From IMG/VR virus record IMGVR_UViG_3300035698_011431, positions 64,001 to 86,317 of that record: a stretch of DNA of 22,317 nucleotides; one strand, 5' to 3'. Made by a program: the position numbers and the translations under genes. The stretch is from a virus (Duplodnaviria; Heunggongvirae; Uroviricota; Caudoviricetes). The notes beneath the pieces were generated by a model. It did not search any database. It saw only the letters and a list, made by a program, of their open reading frames with translations, and was not told the origin of the DNA. Below are positions 15,847 to 22,317 of this stretch, in pieces. Positions within the stretch are counted from its first letter, which is position 1; the number at the start of each line of letters is the position of its first letter.

Positions 15847-18504
15847 ATGTTTGAAAAGATACAATCTTTGTTTACAAAACCAATACAGAAACCAATACAG
15901 CAGCCAATAATAAAAGCTCAAAATTCGTCACGAGCAACTGATTTCACACCATCGGCTTCTTTTGATATGAAAGAACCACCACCACTTACGATGACAGAGC
16001 AACTGAAAACATATAGATCGTGGGTGTTTGCAGCAGTATCAATGAAAGCTGCGGCTGTAGCCAGTATGGAATTAACCTTATTTAAAAAGACAAGAGGGGA
16101 TATTGAGATAGTAGAAGAACATCCTGTTTTAGATTTACTAGATAAGGTAAATGAGAGGATGACCTTTTATGGATTAATGAATTATTCCAGTATAATAAGG
16201 AATTTATCAGGAGAAACGTATTGGTTAATGATTTTCAATAATAAGGGGGAACCTGTTGAAATATACCCATGGATTAGGCCGGATTATATTACAGTAATTC
16301 CATCAAAAGATAGGGATGAATTTATAAAGGGATATGTTTATACAGTGCCAGGATCACAAGAAGAGATTCCTTTAAATACAGAGGAGATTATTCAATTCTT
16401 AGATGTAAATCCTATCAATCCTTATCGAGGACAATCACGAGTTGCAGCTACAGCATTTGCAATTGAAACTGATAAAAAAGCATCTGCATGGAACTGGAGG
16501 TTTTATAAGAATAACGCAACTCCAAGGGGTATTTTAAAAATTCAAAACAGATTTGATGAAGCTCAATACAAACAATTGAAAGCTTCCTGGGATGCAGGAC
16601 ATCAAGGAGAGTCGAATTCTAATAAGGTGGCGATAATATTTACAGGTAGTGCCGGAACGGATGCTGATTTTATGGAGGTTGGGATGAGTACTAAGGACAT
16701 GGATTTCCTTAAGCAAAGAGAATATTCAAGGGATGAAATTTTATCAATATTTGGAGTTCCATTTTCATTATTAAATCCAGGGACTAACGTAAACCGGGCG
16801 ACAGTTGAAGCAGCGCAAGTTAATTTCTTAACTAATACGGTTAGGCCGGAGATGAGAGAATGGACAGAAGAGTTAAATGAATTCTTATTGCCTTTATATA
16901 ATGATTCAGAAGGATTATTTTTTGATTTTACTGATCCTGTCCCGGAGAATAGAGAGTTAAGTCTAAAAGCTTATGATAGTGGCCTTAATTTAGGATGGTT
17001 AACAGTAGATGAAGTGAGAGCTAAAGAAGGATTACCACCTTTAACAGAGAAAGAGAAAGAAGCCCAAGATTCTAATGTTCCAGAAGGAGACGACAATTCA
17101 GAGGATAAACCAATAGAAGAAGATGAAGATGCACCACCAGAAGATGAAGGAGAACAAGAGGGGGATGGGGAAGAAGCGGAAGTTGAAAAAACCTTAAAGA
17201 GGAGAAAATTCAATGTAAGGGTAAAGTCGTCAACACCAAAATCTAAGATAGAATCAATAGTTGATAAGGCAACAAGTGTTGAATTAAAGAGAATATTAGA
17301 AAAACAACTAAAAGACAAAGCTCCAAAGAAGAAGAAAAAGGTAATAACAAAGAGAATAAAGACAAGTCAAAATGAGAAGATATTCCAAAAAAGTATAAAT
17401 GAAGAGGAAAAGTTTCTCCAAAAGTTTTATGATGAGAATTTTCTAGATGAAGTTATAAAAACAGAGAAAGAAATTCAAGCCTATTTAGTTAAAAAATATG
17501 AAAAAGCCCCATCGGAAATTGTTAATGGAGTATTAGTCTTCAAGCAGAACGATAGATTAAGGAAAGAAATGGAAAAATGGATAGATAAAAAGATGTCAAA
17601 ACTATTAAAAGACTTCACAGGAGAGAAGATGAAGGAATTGCATAACAATAGCGAAGTAATTGCCAAACAGGCCGTCAAAGACATCTCACGAGCTTCTAAG
17701 GGGTTTGTGTCGAATATCGCAATGTTTATTAAAGGATATTTGTCTAATATTAAGGCATTTATATTCAATGAAGGGAGAAGGATCAAGGAGAAGATAACAG
17801 ATAACTTATTACAAGGTGTAATGGTTTCATTGGCTATTCAACAAGCTAGAGAAACTAGTCTTAATAAAAATACTTTAAAGCTTTCAGCAATATCACATCC
17901 AAGGGGATTATATCGTAAAACAATAGAGGATGCTGCTGATAAAGATGGGATAAGTTTCTTTAAAATGTTAGCTCCACTAGCAGTAATACCAACATTATCT
18001 AAGACGGGAATGACAATGGCAGCATTGTATATGATTAAGACTAAGGATGAATGGAATAAACATATTGATCCTAATAATAATACTAATGTAGTTGGAGGAT
18101 TAGGGTTACATCATGGCTCACAGGATTATTATTTACCTGAAGGATTTGAAAGTTTAAAAGAAGAGAAAGAAATATCAAAAGAACAGAGAAGAGAATTGAA
18201 TGGGAAGTCAATAAAGCCTATAAAGTCACTCGATAAAAAACAGATAGAATCTTATAAGAAGGAGATAGAAGAAGTTAAGGGTGAGATTGAAAAGAATTTT
18301 AAAAAGAAAACCAAAGAATTAGAGAAGGAATATCTTAAGAAAGAAAAAGAAACAACGGAAGGAACATCGAAGAAAGTGAGTGTAATAGAATCTAAATGTA
18401 AAAAGCTAGAAGAAGAGAAAGAAGAACTTCAAAAAGAAGATAATAAAATAAAACAAAAAGAAGAGAAACTAGAAAGTTTAATTTCTGAATTTGAAAATGA
18501 ATAA
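15847..18504 (+). CDS. Phage portal protein (HK97-family core, aa ~1-400) with a ~485-aa C-terminal extension
   Basis: SWVFAAV, LSGETYW, FYKNNATPRGIL, DMDFL...EILSIFGVP, GWLTVDEVRAKEGLPPL, then an acidic linker, a helical region and a terminal coiled coil. Confidence 0.92.
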   Translation: MFEKIQSLFTKPIQKPIQQPIIKAQNSSRATDFTPSASFDMKEPPPLTMTEQLKTYRSWVFAAVSMKAAAVASMELTLFKKTRGDIEIVEEHPVLDLLDKVNERMTFYGLMNYSSIIRNLSGETYWLMIFNNKGEPVEIYPWIRPDYITVIPSKDRDEFIKGYVYTVPGSQEEIPLNTEEIIQFLDVNPINPYRGQSRVAATAFAIETDKKASAWNWRFYKNNATPRGILKIQNRFDEAQYKQLKASWDAGHQGESNSNKVAIIFTGSAGTDADFMEVGMSTKDMDFLKQREYSRDEILSIFGVPFSLLNPGTNVNRATVEAAQVNFLTNTVRPEMREWTEELNEFLLPLYNDSEGLFFDFTDPVPENRELSLKAYDSGLNLGWLTVDEVRAKEGLPPLTEKEKEAQDSNVPEGDDNSEDKPIEEDEDAPPEDEGEQEGDGEEAEVEKTLKRRKFNVRVKSSTPKSKIESIVDKATSVELKRILEKQLKDKAPKKKKKVITKRIKTSQNEKIFQKSINEEEKFLQKFYDENFLDEVIKTEKEIQAYLVKKYEKAPSEIVNGVLVFKQNDRLRKEMEKWIDKKMSKLLKDFTGEKMKELHNNSEVIAKQAVKDISRASKGFVSNIAMFIKGYLSNIKAFIFNEGRRIKEKITDNLLQGVMVSLAIQQARETSLNKNTLKLSAISHPRGLYRKTIEDAADKDGISFFKMLAPLAVIPTLSKTGMTMAALYMIKTKDEWNKHIDPNNNTNVVGGLGLHHGSQDYYLPEGFESLKEEKEISKEQRRELNGKSIKPIKSLDKKQIESYKKEIEEVKGEIEKNFKKKTKELEKEYLKKEKETTEGTSKKVSVIESKCKKLEEEKEELQKEDNKIKQKEEKLESLISEFENE

Positions 18505-21500
18505 AACTCAATTACTAGAGCAGAAGGCAAAGAGGATACTAGAAAAGAGGAAAGAGGAGAAGATTAAGTCTAAACAACAAACTAAAATATTAAAAAAAGC
18601 AGTAGACAGAATCCCTGCATTTTTTGATTTGACTATAAAAAATATAGATGAATTAATTGCCAAGGAATCAGAGGATATAAAAGGTAAGGTTAAGGAAGAT
18701 CTAATTGAGATTGGAAAAGATTTCGATACTAAGCTTGAATCTCTTAAAAAAGAAATCACAGAAATCTATAATGAAGGTATTAGTGAACTCAATATTGATA
18801 TTAAAAATCTAGAGGAAGTTAAGAGTACAAAAGAAGAAACAAATAAAAGAATAACTATATTAGATAAAAAGACGGAAGAGGGTATATTCGATTTAAAAGG
18901 TAAGGTTAAGGAAAACATTCAGGGAGAAAAAATAGTATTATTAAATGAAATTGAAATAGTTCAAAAGAATGTAGTTGGATTGTTAACAGGATTAGAGGAA
19001 ACAGTAAAGAAGAAAGAGGGATTAAATAAGGCAGAATGGAAAGATGCAATGAGGTTAGCAAGGAGAGAAATTTCTAAAGAGATATTAAGACAAAAAGCAT
19101 ATATTATTGAGGTTATTCGATCTAAAGAATTAGAATCTCATACAATAGCGTTCCATTCGGATACAAATGCAACGGGAGAACAATTAAACAGGTTAACTCA
19201 GGGAGATTCTAGTGATGACGTTAATGATTTACATATACATAATCCTGATCATATCCTAGAAACGGTGAATACTATGATCCAAGGGACTGTTTCTAGATTA
19301 GACTTAGGCCATACAGGGTTTAATTTAACAGTGGCGGCTACAGGAAAGAAAGGATACAACCAAATAACAGATATTAGAATAAAGGATGGTATTGTTAAGC
19401 ATATTAGTCCTGGAATAGTTGAGATAGATACATCAACAGAGCCAACAATTAATCATAATCTATTAGCAGGATTACAAGGTGGTCAAGCTGGAGAATATTA
19501 TCATCTTAAAAGTTCTGAATATACTGACTTAACAGACGGAGGGACAACAACCTTGCATTCACATGTAGGTCCTTTATTAATGCCACCAGTAGAAGACTGG
19601 TATGACCCGACAGGAGGATTACCAGTAGCTCCGACAGTTGGTGACAGATATATCTCTGAATCCACTGCGAGTGGTTGGACTGAGGACTATATATATGAAT
19701 GGGATGGTACTACATGGGTAGAGTCAGAACCAACTGAAGGATGGATGGTGTGGATGTTACTTGAATTCATGTTTTATGTTTTCTTTTCTGGTGGATGGGC
19801 AGAGGTTAATGACAAGGTCGGAGTTGATGCAAGTGCAACGCCTGGATATTTAGGGGCAGCTAACAATGATGGTGTATTAAGAACAAATTCAAGTAATATC
19901 ACATATACAGATGGGGGTAATTTCGTAACATTAGATACAGTACAGGATATAGGGACAGGAGACAGCCCGACTTTCGCAGGTATAGACTTAGGTTTCACCC
20001 AAGGATCGGTAATATTCGAAGGAGCCTCAGGATTAACAGAAGACAACGCTAATCTCTTTTGGGATGATGCGAATAATAGGTTAGGGATAGGTACTGATGC
20101 GCCAACAGAGGCATTGTATATCGAAGGAAACTTATTTGTAAATACATCTACTGGTGATTTGCTTATACAAAACCAAGGCGGTTCATCTATAGAGTTAAGG
20201 TCAAGCGGTTCTGCAGCGTATAACTCAATAACTGGTGGACTTGGCTTTCAGATCAACTCTAATTTTGCCATGTGGATAAATACATCTAAACAAATAGGGA
20301 TAGGAAGAGTAGATCAAACCAAAACACTTGATGTGTTAGGTGACTCTAGATTTATGTCAGCTATAGACGCAGTAAACGCCTATTCATGGCTAGACGCAGC
20401 AGGGGCAAGTATACTGAGCATTGATTCTACTAATTTGAGAGTAGGGATAGGTACTGATGCGCCCGAATCATTGCTAGATGTAAACGGTGATTTTACTATA
20501 GGAACTAATGCAACACGACTTAATAACCCAAATATATCAGGTGATTGGATAGCAGATTATTCAAGATTGTTCTTCAATGCTGGTGCTGGAGGAACAGGAA
20601 ATAATAATTTAAGTGTAATATTCGCTCCGACAGGCACAGCAGATAAATGCCTTTTTCAAGTGCGAAATTCTGGAGCAACAAGTTACGGAAGGTTAGCATT
20701 AAGGGTTGAAGGTACTACAGCTGGAATTGTTACAGATTTTAGCGGAGGTGGTCCACCTATAACGGAACTACAATTCGGTGATGGTTCACTGGCTTCTATT
20801 GCAGGGACACTGGATGATATGTCATGGTGGATAAACAACACTAACGTTTTTTCTTTAGGCACTACTGGCAATTCACTACATCAAAATATAACAGATACGG
20901 TTGACGCCTATTCATGGCTAGACGCAGCAGGGGCAAGTATATTGCGAGTTAACTCTGTTAATAAACAAATTGTGTCAGGTGTGAATAGTGTAACAATACC
21001 TGCTTATACATTTGAAGGTGCTGAAGGTTATGGTCTTGGATATGTAACTGGGAATCTTCTTTTATTCGCCGATTCAGTATTGGGTCTTGTTTTAACTCCA
21101 TCTCTAAAAGATTACAGAATACCTTCTGATTGGAAATATGGCTGGTCGTCAACAGTTACAAATACTTCAGGTATAGATACATCACTTCAAAGAGTATCAG
21201 CTGCCAAAATGTCTCTTGGAACATCAGCATTAAATGATTTTTCAGGAACATTTATAACAGGAAACATAGGGTTAGGGATATCAGTACCAACAGCGAAGCT
21301 ACACGTAGCAGGAGATGTGTTATTCCAGAATGCAGTAGATTCTACAACAGCCGTAGTCTTTAAAGACACTGCGGGAACCTCTAATTTCATATACGATGCA
21401 ACAAATAATCAAATATGTGTTGGAGAATTAGCAGCAGCACCAAGTGCAGATTTTCATATTAAAGGTGGTGCTACTGGTACAGAGTTTATTATAGAAGGAG

Positions 21501-22141
21501 GGAACCCTGATTTTTCATATGCTGTTTCTGGTAACGTAAAAGCCCAAATTGCTTATGTAGAAAGTACAAGTAATTTAATTTTACAAGCTAATGATTCTAA
21601 TACTGGCTACGGGGGGCTAGGGACTCTTAACCATCTTGTTGTAAGTGGTGTAGCTGCAACTAGGGGGTTTGTAGGAATAGGAGTAACCCCAACAGAAAAA
21701 CTAGAAGTCTCGGGAAACATATTCCTAACAACAGACAGCCAAAAGATGTTATTTGGCGCTGGAAAGGACATGTCAGTATATTATGATGGGACTAACGCAG
21801 TTGTTAACCCAAAAGAAGTAGGGAGCGGAGTATTGTCAGTGCTGGGGACTATTAGAAGCCAAGGTAGACAGAAAGCAGTAACCACAAAGACAACAACCTA
21901 TACAATCGCAACAACAGATGAAGTTATTGTTTGTAATCATGCTACAACGCCATTTACGGTAACCTTACCAGTAGCGAGTGGTAGTGGGCAATCGTATTAT
22001 ATAAAAAACAAGGGAGTTGCGTCAGTCACGATAGAAGGGGATGGAGCGGATGTCATAGATGGCGATCTAAACCAAGTTTTAGATCAATGGGACACCTTTG
22101 AGATATGCGATGATTCCGCTAACTCGTGGATAATAATTTAA
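18497..22141 (+). CDS. Large fibre/adhesin-like virion protein with N-terminal coiled coil
   Basis: About 200-aa Lys/Glu coiled coil, HNLLAGLQGG...EYYHL, DUF2793-like GDRYI...WDGTTW...PTEGW, four GIG(T)..P...L.V.G repeats, C-terminal TVTLP...IKN...VIDG domain. Likely start ATG 18497. Confidence 0.78.
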   Translation: MNKTQLLEQKAKRILEKRKEEKIKSKQQTKILKKAVDRIPAFFDLTIKNIDELIAKESEDIKGKVKEDLIEIGKDFDTKLESLKKEITEIYNEGISELNIDIKNLEEVKSTKEETNKRITILDKKTEEGIFDLKGKVKENIQGEKIVLLNEIEIVQKNVVGLLTGLEETVKKKEGLNKAEWKDAMRLARREISKEILRQKAYIIEVIRSKELESHTIAFHSDTNATGEQLNRLTQGDSSDDVNDLHIHNPDHILETVNTMIQGTVSRLDLGHTGFNLTVAATGKKGYNQITDIRIKDGIVKHISPGIVEIDTSTEPTINHNLLAGLQGGQAGEYYHLKSSEYTDLTDGGTTTLHSHVGPLLMPPVEDWYDPTGGLPVAPTVGDRYISESTASGWTEDYIYEWDGTTWVESEPTEGWMVWMLLEFMFYVFFSGGWAEVNDKVGVDASATPGYLGAANNDGVLRTNSSNITYTDGGNFVTLDTVQDIGTGDSPTFAGIDLGFTQGSVIFEGASGLTEDNANLFWDDANNRLGIGTDAPTEALYIEGNLFVNTSTGDLLIQNQGGSSIELRSSGSAAYNSITGGLGFQINSNFAMWINTSKQIGIGRVDQTKTLDVLGDSRFMSAIDAVNAYSWLDAAGASILSIDSTNLRVGIGTDAPESLLDVNGDFTIGTNATRLNNPNISGDWIADYSRLFFNAGAGGTGNNNLSVIFAPTGTADKCLFQVRNSGATSYGRLALRVEGTTAGIVTDFSGGGPPITELQFGDGSLASIAGTLDDMSWWINNTNVFSLGTTGNSLHQNITDTVDAYSWLDAAGASILRVNSVNKQIVSGVNSVTIPAYTFEGAEGYGLGYVTGNLLLFADSVLGLVLTPSLKDYRIPSDWKYGWSSTVTNTSGIDTSLQRVSAAKMSLGTSALNDFSGTFITGNIGLGISVPTAKLHVAGDVLFQNAVDSTTAVVFKDTAGTSNFIYDATNNQICVGELAAAPSADFHIKGGATGTEFIIEGGNPDFSYAVSGNVKAQIAYVESTSNLILQANDSNTGYGGLGTLNHLVVSGVAATRGFVGIGVTPTEKLEVSGNIFLTTDSQKMLFGAGKDMSVYYDGTNAVVNPKEVGSGVLSVLGTIRSQGRQKAVTTKTTTYTIATTDEVIVCNHATTPFTVTLPVASGSGQSYYIKNKGVASVTIEGDGADVIDGDLNQVLDQWDTFEICDDSANSWIII
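20082..20103 (+). repeat. 22-bp direct repeat A, copy 1
   Basis: tagggataggtactgatgcgcc, identical at 20442-20463. Confidence 0.95.
20376..20413 (+). repeat. 38-bp direct repeat B, copy 1
   Basis: acgcctattcatggctagacgcagcaggggcaagtata, identical at 20904-20941. Confidence 0.95.
20442..20463 (+). repeat. 22-bp direct repeat A, copy 2
   Basis: Identical to 20082-20103. Confidence 0.95.
20904..20941 (+). repeat. 38-bp direct repeat B, copy 2
   Basis: Identical to 20376-20413. Confidence 0.95.
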
Positions 22142-22150
22142 CAAAAACCT

Positions 22151-22317
22151 ATGTCTTATATCGCAACAAAATATAAAAGAGGATGGGAATGAGTAGATAG
22201 TGATTCTATGGGAACAATCACTTGGACTGAAGGGACAAGGACTTTTTCCCTTGAACCAAAAGCTGGTCAATCTGAATTTCATTTTTGGTCAGGTGGGAAG
22301 TTCTTTTCAAAGACATC
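22151..22317 (+). CDS. Partial gene (3'-truncated by the window) with an in-frame TGA at codon 14, or starting at ATG 22208
   Basis: MSYIATKYKRGWE*VDSDSMGTITWTEGTRTFSLEPKAGQSEFHFWSGGKFFSKT; frame open to the window end. Confidence 0.5.

Larger units (their letters stand above)
1..22317 (+). mobile_element. Segment of a tailed bacteriophage or prophage genome: accessory glycan cluster followed by the start of the virion module
   Basis: Portal gene, fibre-like gene, many short overlapping single-strand ORFs, no ordinary chromosomal housekeeping operon. No integrase or att site in the window, so free phage versus prophage cannot be decided. Confidence 0.88.

Noticed and set aside
18482-18504. 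Programmed frameshift fusing portal and fibre
   Set aside because: The frames overlap, but there is no canonical slippery heptamer and a usable ATG exists at 18497.
20376-20941. Diversity-generating retroelement TR/VR pair or CRISPR repeats
   Set aside because: Copies are identical in the core, flanking differences are not adenine-specific, both lie in frame within one gene, and no reverse transcriptase, cas gene or regular spacer pattern is present.
19500-22141. Higher GC in the fibre gene as evidence of horizontal transfer
   Set aside because: It can be explained by Gly/Ala/Thr-rich amino-acid composition; GC3 analysis would be needed.
2723-22282. All minus-strand ORFs in the track
   Set aside because: They lie opposite well-supported + strand genes, are Ser/Phe/Leu-rich mirrors of the purine-rich coding strand, and carry no motifs.
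1-22317. Alternative genetic code (TAG or TGA recoding)
   Set aside because: Long genes are intact under code 11 and TGA ends many genes in ATGA overlaps. Read-through of TAG 3030-32 would give a neat overlap, but TAG 5432-34 would run into hisS and TAG 15770-72 is followed directly by TAA.

Overview
AT-rich, densely packed window with every supportable gene on the + strand; it reads as part of a tailed-phage (Caudoviricetes) genome. No integrase, att site, tRNA, rRNA or CRISPR array is visible. Positions 1-15.5 kb hold a glycan-modification cluster: about seven glycosyltransferase-like genes (GT-A and GT-B folds), three stand-alone SAM methyltransferases, and a kinase-like/methyltransferase fusion resembling WbdD with reversed domain order. 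Inside this cluster are a 220-aa histidyl-tRNA synthetase reduced to its catalytic core, an AAA ATPase / Zn-finger / metallopeptidase-vWA module and many small ORFs. After an intrinsic terminator come an 885-aa portal protein with a long, possibly MuF-like C-terminal extension, a ~1214-aa coiled-coil/fibre protein with exact internal DNA repeats, and the start of another gene with an in-frame TGA. All family assignments come from reading motifs by eye, not from database searches.
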